Assembly (NCBI GenBank): GCA_011174845.1
Contig: DUEW01000080.1
Coordinates: forward strand, 1,536-65,535
Direction: 5' to 3'
Length of the DNA: 64,000 nt
Source of the DNA: Anaerolineae bacterium
GTDB lineage: Bacteria; Chloroflexota; Anaerolineae; Anaerolineales; E44-bin32
Under the pieces are notes generated by a model. It was not told the DNA's origin and searched no databases. It worked only from the letters and a program-made list of their open reading frames with translations. Below, in pieces: positions 25,795 through 34,207 of this stretch (positions within the stretch are counted from its first letter, which is position 1; each line of letters opens with the position of its first letter). The translations under genes were made by a program, and so were the position numbers.

Positions 25795-26904
25795 TCAAGT
25801 ACCGGGTGCTGGGGTATCAGAAGGCAATGGGGTTGGTGTCGCAGAGGGGGTGGGCGGAGCAGGTGTTGGCTCTTCGGATGGGGTGCCTCCTGGTGTAGGC
25901 GTATCAGTAGGTGTACGGGTTACCGGTGGTGGTGCGAGGGCCGTCTCGCAGATATGAGCCGCTTCGGTCGCAGTTGGGAAACGCACGTCCCACTCCCATC
26001 TTGACAAGGATCTGTCATACTGCTCCATTGCAGCACAAGGCTCGGAAGCCGCCATCAATTGATCGCCGAAATACCAGGCCGCCTCGCCAAACTTGTAGCA
26101 GGAATCAATCGTGGCGCCTTGCGCGCAAAGCGTCTCAAACAAATCAGCTGCTCGTTCCCAGTTCAAACCGAAGTAGCTATTGGCGAACAGATATTGTTCC
26201 GCCAGTGTCCGCCGGTAAGAGGCATCCCGATCCAGCGGTCCAAAACGCTCGGCTAGGCTGAGATCGTAAAGTCCTTCCTCCATAAAACCTTGAGCGATGA
26301 GTTCCATACCCCGATTGCGCAGGGCAATGTACATCATCCCGTCGGCTTCCACTGAGCGGTAGGTGGGATCCTTAGCCCGTAAGACCAACAGTTTGTTTAT
26401 CACCGTGGTCCAATCACCCTCGGCGAGCGCTGTTCGAGCGTGATCGAACAGTTCCTCCGGTGGGGAGGGATCGGGGGTCATGGTGGGTTCAAAGGTGGAG
26501 GTAATGGTGGGTACATTGAGAACTACGTAGATTTGGGTGAGGATCTCCTGGATACCGGGGAAGGAGGGATCATAGCGTGCGATGGCCTCGAAACGCTGCC
26601 TGGCTAACTCGTATTGTCCTGCGTTCAGGTCCTGGATTCCTAGTTCAAATTGCTCCTGTAGGAATTGTGCAACTTGATCTTGTTGACGTGTCTGCTGTGC
26701 GCTCTGCCCTTGGAGGAAAGCGATACCTCCTACCACCAAGACGACCAACAGGTAAAAAAGAACAAACCAGGGCCATCGTAGCCGCTTAGGACGGTCGTTT
26801 GGTGATTCCATAACTTCCGTGGACAGGATGGATTGTGGAACACTTGCCGTAGGTTGGGTATCTTCGTGTTCCTTTGGGGATTGGCTTGAGAGCATGGAGG
26901 GCAT
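25795..26904 (-). CDS. Membrane-anchored TPR-like protein with a Pro/Thr-rich C-terminal tail
   Basis: 369-aa ORF. Single TM WPWFVLFYLLVVLVVGGIAFL, helical-repeat body, and the tail PPVTRTPTDTPTPGGTPSEEPTPAPPTPSATPTPLPSDTPAPGT. Confidence 0.6.
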   Translation of the reverse strand: MPSMLSSQSPKEHEDTQPTASVPQSILSTEVMESPNDRPKRLRWPWFVLFYLLVVLVVGGIAFLQGQSAQQTRQQDQVAQFLQEQFELGIQDLNAGQYELARQRFEAIARYDPSFPGIQEILTQIYVVLNVPTITSTFEPTMTPDPSPPEELFDHARTALAEGDWTTVINKLLVLRAKDPTYRSVEADGMMYIALRNRGMELIAQGFMEEGLYDLSLAERFGPLDRDASYRRTLAEQYLFANSYFGLNWERAADLFETLCAQGATIDSCYKFGEAAWYFGDQLMAASEPCAAMEQYDRSLSRWEWDVRFPTATEAAHICETALAPPPVTRTPTDTPTPGGTPSEEPTPAPPTPSATPTPLPSDTPAPGT

Positions 26905-27135
26905 TATACCCTAATTGGAGTGCCTCCCACAGAAATTCGCGCACATGAAAGGGTAGAGAGGAATAAGAGTTTGGGCGACGGCTTTCTCGATGCACAATTC
27001 CCTACGCTCACTCCAGAGATAAGTCGCGCCGATGGAATTAGAAAACACCGCCTTTAAATGCTGTTCTTGACGATGGTCGGGAAGGGATGGTAAGATGCAG
27101 TACTTTGTCCACTATGGTCGGATTTGTGAAATGCT

Positions 27136-28407
27136 ATGTATCTCCGCGGTAGCAAATGGGATTTGCGCAAGAAACGGCGCCCTTCTCGGCCATGGCGGAT
27201 ATTGCTGCTTCTGATCCTGATTGTAGGGACGGTTTACGTTTGGCAGATTTATATTCCCAACGTTCCGCCGTTGTTCATACCCACATTAACCCCAACCCGT
27301 AGCCCCGCCTCCTTTGTGCTCGAAGCTGAGAGTTTATTCCAGGCTGGAAAATTATCTCAAGCCGAAGAATCCTATCAAGAGGCGATCGCCGTCAACCCAC
27401 GTGAGGCGAATTATTACATCGAGCTGGCACGGATACGGGTGTTTGCTGGGAATTATGCCGCGGCTGAGACCGCGGCTCGAGATGCATTGGTGATTGACCC
27501 GAATTCGGCGCTTGCTCATGCCGTGCTCGGCTGGTCCATGGATTTCCAGGCCGCACAGGAGCAGGATCCTGCGAAATCATCTGAACTCCTCGATGCTGCG
27601 ATGGAGGAGGCCGAAAAAGCCTTGAAACTCAACCCAAGTTCAGCCTTGGTGCGGGCATACTACGCTGAAATTTTGATCGATAACAATATCGCCGAATATG
27701 AACGCGCTCTGGAGGAAGCACAGCGGGCGATAGAGCTGGATCCGAATTTGTTGGAAGGACACCGGGCGATGGGATATGTCTGGGAGTTGACTGGCAACCG
27801 ACAACAGGCCCTCGAGTCCTATCAGGCAGCGATGTTGATCAACCCTAACCTCCCCAGGTTGCACATCGATATTGGTAACATGCAACGAGCGTTGGGCGAT
27901 ATCGAAGGCGCCCGTGATAGCTATCTGAACGCCGTAGCACTTGCACCAACCAGCACCGAACCTCTGTCGCTTCTCGTGCAACTCTATGCTGGGATCGGGG
28001 AATTCGGCAGGGCCAGCCAATATGCAAGTAACGCTGTGGATTTGGATCCGACCAATGCTCGTCTTCATGGCAACCTTGGCCGCATGTATTATCACAATAA
28101 TGCCTTGGAAGAAGCGATTATTCAATTGGAATTAGCCATTCGCGGAGGACCGACGGAGGACGGCGCTTGGGTCGAGGGATTACCTTTGAACCCAGGGGAT
28201 GAGCGAATAATCGAGTTTTATTACACCTATGGATTAGCCTTAGCCAAGATGGGCCGATGCGAGGAAGCGGTACCGATCTTTGAGGCTTTACTGCGCGGGG
28301 TTCCCGAAAACGAGGTCGCCATCTATAACGCTCAAGAAGGTTTGATTCTATGCGGTCAGCTTGAACGGACCCCGACACCGGAAAATGAAGAAACCCCTTC
28401 ACCTTAA
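27136..28407 (+). CDS. Membrane-anchored tetratricopeptide-repeat protein
   Basis: 423-aa ORF. Basic N-terminus, TM ILLLLILIVGTVYVWQIYI, and a PTLTPTRSP linker. Multiple 34-residue TPR units (e.g. AEESYQEAIAVNPREANYYIELARI), then the tail RTPTPENEETPSP. Confidence 0.75.
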   Translation: MYLRGSKWDLRKKRRPSRPWRILLLLILIVGTVYVWQIYIPNVPPLFIPTLTPTRSPASFVLEAESLFQAGKLSQAEESYQEAIAVNPREANYYIELARIRVFAGNYAAAETAARDALVIDPNSALAHAVLGWSMDFQAAQEQDPAKSSELLDAAMEEAEKALKLNPSSALVRAYYAEILIDNNIAEYERALEEAQRAIELDPNLLEGHRAMGYVWELTGNRQQALESYQAAMLINPNLPRLHIDIGNMQRALGDIEGARDSYLNAVALAPTSTEPLSLLVQLYAGIGEFGRASQYASNAVDLDPTNARLHGNLGRMYYHNNALEEAIIQLELAIRGGPTEDGAWVEGLPLNPGDERIIEFYYTYGLALAKMGRCEEAVPIFEALLRGVPENEVAIYNAQEGLILCGQLERTPTPENEETPSP

Positions 28408-28428
28408 TGAAACAAGAGATGACGGTCG

Positions 28429-30093
28429 ATGCGGCTAAAAGGTGAAAGATTACGTTTGAGCCGTACTGGAAAACATTCGAATCCCTGGCGGATGTTGGTA
28501 TATATCATCATCATCGCCGGGGGAGTGTTGATCCTTCGTTTGGAACAGATTGGGGAGGTGCAGCCATTCTTTCTACCTACACCAGGTCCAACGCGTGGTG
28601 CAGGATCTTACGCTGAGGAGGCGGAGGTTCACTTTTTCGCTGGAGATCTTCAGGCAGCTATAGATGCCTACCAGGCTGCCACTGTAATGGAACCTGGCAA
28701 CGCAGAACTGTTTACCAAACTCGCCCGCCTCCAAACTTACTCAAGCAGTCTGTTGACGACTCTCGAAGACCGACGGGCACGTTTGGCAGAGGCCAGAGAT
28801 ACCATAGACCACGCGGTTGAGATCAGGTCCGATAGCGCCACCGTACACGCGATTCGCGCCCTGGTCTATGATTGGTCCGCAACCGCTGAAGTCAAGGATA
28901 CGCTCGTGGTTGGAGATGTCGTCAGGGTGCAGGCTACTCTAGACGATACTGGAGTTATGGTCGCCCGGATCATCGAATCAGAGGACACCATCGAACCCGG
29001 AAGCAGCGAAGGGATGGTAGAAGAGGGAACAACGTTCATCTTTTCCGGAATGGTGGAGGAGAAGGATCAAGATGAGTGGACGGTGGGAGGGCGGACGATT
29101 GTGGTAACCCCTCTGACCTTGATCCGAAATCCAAACCGCAGGGATGAGTTCCTTACCGAAGCTGAAAATGCCGCGAATCGGGCTTCTACTCTCGATCCAG
29201 GTAACATCCTCGCACAAGCCTTCAAAGCTGAGGTTCAGACCGACCAGGGGGAATTTGCCCTGGCGCTCGATAATGCCCAGCAAGCCGCAGAGGCAATGGA
29301 GAGCATTGGTGGTCAGTACGAGTACGCCATGGACGTCCATCGCGTTTACGCGACTGTACTGGAGAATCACGCGTATTACCTGCAGGCGATCAATGAATAC
29401 CAGAAAGCGGTAGAAATCAGCCCCAATCTGACATTCCTTTACCTGCAAATCGGTGCCAATTACCGGGAACTTCAGGATATCGAAACAGCTCTGTATTACT
29501 TTGATAAAGCGGTCAAGATCAACGAACAACTCGGCGTTTTGGACCCGACGCCCTATCTGGCCATTGGAAGGACCTACCAATGGGAGGGAGAGTTCTTTAT
29601 CTCTGCCATCAACATCGAACGCGCGCTAAAGATTGACCACGGAAACCCCGATATTTACGGTCGTCTCGGCATTGTCTATTTTATGGCTCGCAATTACGAG
29701 AGCGCGATCGACATCTTGAAGTGTGCCGTTCGCGGTTGCAGCGTCGAAGAAAATCGTGAGCGTTTCTGCAAATTTGTCTATCGCGTGGACGATCCTGAGT
29801 GTGACGAAGCGCAGGAGAAAATCAACGAGGCAGTGCCGGGTCTTGAGCTCGGACCGAAAAGCGTCGAGTATTATTACACCTACGGCTCCGTGCTGGCTGC
29901 CTTTTATGGTCATCCGGACTATCCCGGTATTTGCATCGAGGCCGAAGAAATCTTCACTGAACTGATGACCCAGTATAGCAACGATGCGCTCGTTGTAGCT
30001 ATTGTGGAACAAGGGCGAGCGATTTGTGAAGGTCCGGTTATCTCCCCAGAAGTCACCCCTGAACCAACCCCTACCCTCAGCGAATCCCCTTGA
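28429..30093 (+). CDS. Membrane-anchored tetratricopeptide-repeat protein with an inserted beta-rich segment
   Basis: 554-aa ORF. TM MLVYIIIIAGGVLILRL, a PTPGPTRG linker, and TPR units. A non-TPR insert occurs around VVGDVVRVQATLDDTGVMVARIIES ... EWTVGGRTIVVTPLT. Tail is SPEVTPEPTPTLSESP. Confidence 0.7.
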   Translation: MRLKGERLRLSRTGKHSNPWRMLVYIIIIAGGVLILRLEQIGEVQPFFLPTPGPTRGAGSYAEEAEVHFFAGDLQAAIDAYQAATVMEPGNAELFTKLARLQTYSSSLLTTLEDRRARLAEARDTIDHAVEIRSDSATVHAIRALVYDWSATAEVKDTLVVGDVVRVQATLDDTGVMVARIIESEDTIEPGSSEGMVEEGTTFIFSGMVEEKDQDEWTVGGRTIVVTPLTLIRNPNRRDEFLTEAENAANRASTLDPGNILAQAFKAEVQTDQGEFALALDNAQQAAEAMESIGGQYEYAMDVHRVYATVLENHAYYLQAINEYQKAVEISPNLTFLYLQIGANYRELQDIETALYYFDKAVKINEQLGVLDPTPYLAIGRTYQWEGEFFISAINIERALKIDHGNPDIYGRLGIVYFMARNYESAIDILKCAVRGCSVEENRERFCKFVYRVDDPECDEAQEKINEAVPGLELGPKSVEYYYTYGSVLAAFYGHPDYPGICIEAEEIFTELMTQYSNDALVVAIVEQGRAICEGPVISPEVTPEPTPTLSESP

Positions 30094-30129
30094 CATCCTC
30101 ACCCAGATTGGGTAAACTTGCGTAGCAAT

Positions 30130-30156
30130 TTAGCACTCTCAGTCAGCGAGTGCTAA
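30130..30156. promoter_or_regulatory. CIRCE operator (HrcA binding site) upstream of groES
   Basis: Perfect consensus TTAGCACTC-N9-GAGTGCTAA read directly. The palindrome extends to GCAATTTAGCACTC...GAGTGCTAAATTGC (30125-30161). Located 52 nt upstream of the groES ATG. Confidence 0.95.
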
Positions 30157-30207
30157 ATTGCTGTGCATGTTCGAACATCATGAATCCATTGTAGGAGGAG
30201 GACCCGC

Positions 30208-30504
30208 ATGTCATTAAAAATTAAACCTATGGCCGACCGCTTGCTTGTCAAGCCCCTCGAGGAAGAGGAGGTGACGCCGGGCGGTATCGTGCTGCCAGAG
30301 ACGGCGAAGTAGAAGCCGCAGAAGGGCGAGGTTTTAGCAGTGGGACCGGGTGCCCGCGATGATGAAGGCAATCGCATCGCCATGGACGTTTCCGTTGGGG
30401 ACAAGGTCCTCTTTGCTAAGTATGGAGGGACGGAAATTAAAATGGACGGCGACAAGCTGCTGATCCTACGCGAGAGTGACATTCTCGCCATTCTCGAGGA
30501 TTAG
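30208..30504 (+). pseudogene. groES: Co-chaperonin GroES interrupted by an in-frame TAG at codon 35 (30310-30312)
   Basis: Not in the supplied ORF track because it is split. Translation from ATG 30208 (RBS GGAGGAGG) gives [34 protein letters not shown][67 protein letters not shown]. The stop replaces the Glu of the conserved AKEKPQ motif (GAG to TAG is a single-base difference). Identity as groES is firm. Whether the stop is real is open. Confidence 0.85.
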
Positions 30505-30570
30505 CGTTGCCTGGAACGAGATCATGATTTCTCGAAAGAATAATAAATTATGAATAGGAGCGAATGAGCA

Positions 30571-32202
30571 ATGACTGCTAAGCAAATCGCATTTTCAGAG
30601 GATGCCCGTAGGCGTCTCAAAGCCGGTGTTGATGTACTGGCCAGAGCCGTGGCCACCACGCTGGGACCTAAAGGACGCAACGTGGCCCTTGATCGCAAGT
30701 TCGGTTCACCCACGATTACCCATGATGGGGTAACTGTGGCCAAGGAAATTGAATTGGAAGACCCATACGAGAACATGGGTGCACAGCTGCTTAAAGAGGC
30801 GGCCACAAAAACCAATGACATCGCTGGTGATGGCACGACGACCTCAACCGTATTGGCCCATGCCATCGTGACCGATGGCCTGAAGAGCCTGGCGGCGGGT
30901 TCCAATCCCATGCTGCTCAAGCGCGGGATCGAGAAGGCTGCCAAGGCGGTAGCGGAGGCCATCGCCAAGCAGGCGATCGAAGTGACGACCAAGGAAGAAA
31001 TCGCCGCCGTCGCAGCCATTTCTGCCCAGGATAGAGAGATCGGTGAATTGATCGCCGAAGTGATGGACAAAGTTGGCAAAGACGGCGTGATCACGGTCGA
31101 GGAATCCAAGGGCTTGGAATTCGAGACGGAATATGTCGAAGGAATGCAGTTCGACCGTGGATACATCTCGGCATACTTCGTCACCGACCCCGAGAACATG
31201 GAAGCTGTGGTCGAGGAACCCTATATCCTGCTTCATGACAAGAAGATCTCGGCGGCAACCGATATTGTCCCCATCTTGGAAAAGCTGGTCCAGGTGGGCA
31301 AACGCGAGCTAGTTCTGATCTCCGAAGATATCGATGGCGAGGCTTTAGCGACCTTGGTCCTCAACAAGCTACGAGGCATGCTCAACGTGGTAGCGGTCAA
31401 AGCCCCCGGTTTTGGCGATAGGCGCAAGGCCATGCTTCAGGATATGGCCATCCTCACCGGTGGCACAGTGATCACCGAAGAATTGGGACGCAAACTCGAG
31501 ACGGTCACCATTAATGATCTAGGTAAAGCAGGTAAAGTGGTGGTCACGAAGGATGACACCACAATCATCGAGGGCGCGGGTGAAGCCGATCGCATCAAGG
31601 GCCGCATTGAAGAGATCAAAGTTGAGATCGATCGCTCAACCAGCGATTACGATAAAGAGAAGCTCCAAGAACGATTGGCGAAGCTTGCTGGTGGCGTGGC
31701 CGTGATTGGGGTTGGCGCGGCTACAGAAACGGAGCTCAAGGAGAAGAAGCACCGTGTCGAGGACGCCCTCTCCGCTACACGAGCGGCGGTCGAGGAAGGG
31801 ATCGTCCCTGGTGGTGGCGTGGCGTTGCTCAACGTTTTAGATGCCATCAAGAAGCTGAAGATGGACGACGAAGACGCGAACATTGGCATTAACATTGTGC
31901 GCAATTCGCTTGTGAAGCCGATGAACGGCATAGTAGAGAATGCCGGCAAAGACGGCGCCGTAGTCATCGAGAACGTGCGCCGCAAGCACATCGAGGAGAA
32001 AAATAAAAACATCGGCTTTGATGTCCTCGAGGAAGAGTATGTGGACATGATAGAGGCTGGGATCATCGACCCCGCAAAGGTTACCAAAGGAGCGTTGGAA
32101 AACGCCGCTTCTATCGCGGCCATGATCTTGACAACCGAGGCGTTGATCACCGATGTGCCTCAGGAGGAGAGGCCACCTGCTCCGCCGATGCCTGAGTATT
32201 AG
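30571..32202 (+). CDS. groEL: Chaperonin GroEL (60 kDa)
   Basis: 543-aa ORF. Motifs [44 protein letters not shown] and [17 protein letters not shown]. Lies downstream of groES. Confidence 0.97.
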   Translation: MTAKQIAFSEDARRRLKAGVDVLARAVATTLGPKGRNVALDRKFGSPTITHDGVTVAKEIELEDPYENMGAQLLKEAATKTNDIAGDGTTTSTVLAHAIVTDGLKSLAAGSNPMLLKRGIEKAAKAVAEAIAKQAIEVTTKEEIAAVAAISAQDREIGELIAEVMDKVGKDGVITVEESKGLEFETEYVEGMQFDRGYISAYFVTDPENMEAVVEEPYILLHDKKISAATDIVPILEKLVQVGKRELVLISEDIDGEALATLVLNKLRGMLNVVAVKAPGFGDRRKAMLQDMAILTGGTVITEELGRKLETVTINDLGKAGKVVVTKDDTTIIEGAGEADRIKGRIEEIKVEIDRSTSDYDKEKLQERLAKLAGGVAVIGVGAATETELKEKKHRVEDALSATRAAVEEGIVPGGGVALLNVLDAIKKLKMDDEDANIGINIVRNSLVKPMNGIVENAGKDGAVVIENVRRKHIEEKNKNIGFDVLEEEYVDMIEAGIIDPAKVTKGALENAASIAAMILTTEALITDVPQEERPPAPPMPEY

Positions 32203-32229
32203 AACACGCCTGTTTGATTGCACTTGACA

Positions 32230-32257
32230 GGGGCTGTCTGAAAGGGCAGCCCCTTTT
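32230..32257 (+). terminator. Intrinsic terminator of groESL
   Basis: Stem GGGGCTG / CAGCCCC (32230-32253) followed by TTTT. Located 28 nt after the groEL stop. Confidence 0.7.
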
Positions 32258-32466
32258 CCATTGATCGATGTCTGGCAAGAGGGGGGATGCATTTAACTGG
32301 GATATCCATATGCAACCTTGTGGGTCACTGGACGTATATAACGATGTAGGTAGAACCTAATTTAAGACATGAGGTGATTCTTTTCAGTTGTCTGTCAGTG
32401 TGATGTCACGATGGCTGACCCGAGTTGTGTATAAATGGACCAGGATATTAGGAGGTAAGTATCAAG

Positions 32467-32658
32467 ATGAACGATACACGCTTATTGAGACGCTCACGCA
32501 GTGATCGGATGATGGCTGGTGTGTGCGGAGGAATGGGGAAGTTCTTCGGGATAGATCCGGTTTGGTTCAGATTAGGGTTCGTGATCGCTGCTTTGCCCGG
32601 AGGCGTTCCAGGGATTGTGGCTTACTTGATCTGTTGGATCGTTATTCCGGAGGAATAA
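32467..32658 (+). CDS. PspC-domain small membrane protein
   Basis: 63-aa ORF with RBS AGGAGG. RSRSDRMMAGVCGGMGKFFGIDPVWFRLGFVIAAL matches the PspC domain pattern. Confidence 0.8.
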   Translation: MNDTRLLRRSRSDRMMAGVCGGMGKFFGIDPVWFRLGFVIAALPGGVPGIVAYLICWIVIPEE

Positions 32659-32785
32659 ACCCGATCCTCAATCAGCGCTCTTTTAGCTAACACGCTTTGT
32701 GATTCTATGGTGGAGTGAAGGGCATCGGTTGAGATGCCTTCGAGATCAAATCATTTGATCGATGGGAGAAATCTACCCTTATCCT

Positions 32786-33170
32786 ATCATTCTGAGCGTC
32801 CATCCTTACCAAAGGTGTAGAGGCAATTCATGCCGTCTCGCACCGGCGTGCCGCCGGTTTCACGGCACGAACGGTGAATTGCCCCTACGATTTGGCTCCC
32901 TTCAGCGAGTTCAGGACGAGTGTTAAGCGCGAGGAATCCCTATGGTTCTACAACATCAACAGTTTCATCATAGGGATTCCTCGCTCGCGGAGCCTGTCCT
33001 GAGCCCCTCAGCTTCGCTCGGGACCTTTGGCTCCGCCGAATGGCTCGCTCGAATGACACAAGAGAGTATGTCATTCTGAGCGCCGTTAGGCGCGACGATA
33101 TCGTACCCGAAGGGTGAGAATCCCTGTGATGTTGCTTCTAATTTCGCATCATCACAGGAATTCTTCGTCG
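32786..33170. repeat. Cluster of four consecutive palindromic repeat modules (includes a family B unit)
   Basis: Hairpins read directly. (1) 32817-32888: GTAGAGGCAATTCA...TGAATTGCCCCTAC. (2) 32929-32984: perfect 16-bp stem GCGAGGAATCCCTATG/CATAGGGATTCCTCGC. (3) 32996-33024: GTCCTGAGC...GCTCGGGAC, followed by CTTTGGCTCCGCCGAATGG, homologous to 54800-54858. (4) About 33115-33166: core CCTGTGATG/CATCACAGG. TCATTCTGAGCG is repeated at 32787 and 33071. Confidence 0.8.
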
Positions 33171-33280
33171 TAATGCCCCCCAGATTGACATTTATCTCTC
33201 AGCATCACCCCTTCGTTATACTGCCACTACGAAGATGATTTTATTCCACGCCATTTGCAACGTCTGTCACAGTAGTTGGC

Positions 33281-34207
33281 TCATCCCCCGATCGTTACCT
33301 TGAAACCGTGGGCTTGGATGATCTCCCGGAGCTGCTCGAGTTGATCTCGATCGGGCGGCTCCAATCTCTCTAGTTGGTACTCTCTGCCCAGCATTTGATA
33401 CTTGCCCATGCCCAATTTATGATATGGCAGGATATCGATTTGCTTCACCGATTCGAGCTTCTCGATGAAGTTCGCCATTTCGTTTATTTCCCCTGTGGTG
33501 TCGTTGATCCCTGGAAGAAGCGGTAAACGGATAATCAGGGGAATCCCTGCGTCGGACAACTTCTTCGCGTTCTGCATAATAACTTCGTTCGATGTACCCG
33601 TAAATTGTATGTGCTTATCGTTATTCACAAGTTTAATATCGTATAGCACGAGATCTACCACATCCATCAACGATTGTAGATTTTCCCAAGGCACGTTGCC
33701 GCAAGTATCTAATGTGACGTGGATTTGATCCCCTTTCAATTCCTGGGCGACCCTTCGCACGAAACGATGCTGCAAGGTGGGTTCACCACCTGAAAATGTG
33801 ACACCCCCACCAGATACTTCATAAAATATTCGATCTTTCATGAGTTCTGCTACGAGCTCGTCAACGGACATCGATCGACCGATTAACTCATATGCACCGG
33901 CAGGACAAACCTCTACACAAATGCCACAAGCAGTGCACACAGCGTGGTTGATGACATACTCGTCATGATCTTCGTAGATCGCATCTTCAGGGCATGTGAA
34001 GAAACATTCTCCGCAGTGAATGCATACCTTATGGTCTTTAAGGATCTCTTGGTGGGGGTTGATCAACTCTGGATTACAACACCACTCACATCGCATGGAA
34101 CAACCTTTGATGAAGACGGTCGTTCGGATGCCAGGACCATCCTTAATCGAATATCTTTGAATCCTTGATACGAGCCCGTGCTCGAGATCTTGTTCAGAAC
34201 CCGGCAT
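33281..34207 (-). CDS. Glycyl-radical enzyme activating protein (radical SAM, with two auxiliary 4Fe-4S motifs)
   Basis: 308-aa ORF. Motifs RYSIKDGPGIRTTVFIKGCSMRCEWCCNPE (CxxxCxxC), CIHCGECFFTCP and CTACGICVEVCP. Overlaps the 3-prime end of the GRE gene by 14 nt. Confidence 0.9.
   Translation of the reverse strand: MPGSEQDLEHGLVSRIQRYSIKDGPGIRTTVFIKGCSMRCEWCCNPELINPHQEILKDHKVCIHCGECFFTCPEDAIYEDHDEYVINHAVCTACGICVEVCPAGAYELIGRSMSVDELVAELMKDRIFYEVSGGGVTFSGGEPTLQHRFVRRVAQELKGDQIHVTLDTCGNVPWENLQSLMDVVDLVLYDIKLVNNDKHIQFTGTSNEVIMQNAKKLSDAGIPLIIRLPLLPGINDTTGEINEMANFIEKLESVKQIDILPYHKLGMGKYQMLGREYQLERLEPPDRDQLEQLREIIQAHGFKVTIGG

Noticed and set aside
30310-30312. TAG reassigned as a sense codon genome-wide (or pyrrolysine)
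   Set aside because: TAG clearly terminates nuoG (4233-4235), nuoL (8789-8791), uppS (59489-59491) and hutU at the expected protein ends. No pyl genes are visible. A local error, mutation or readthrough is more parsimonious.
30522-32292. Several minus-strand ORFs (225, 130, 167 and 151 aa) across the groEL locus
   Set aside because: They are antisense shadows of the unambiguous groEL gene. They are Ala/Ser/Thr-rich with no start context.
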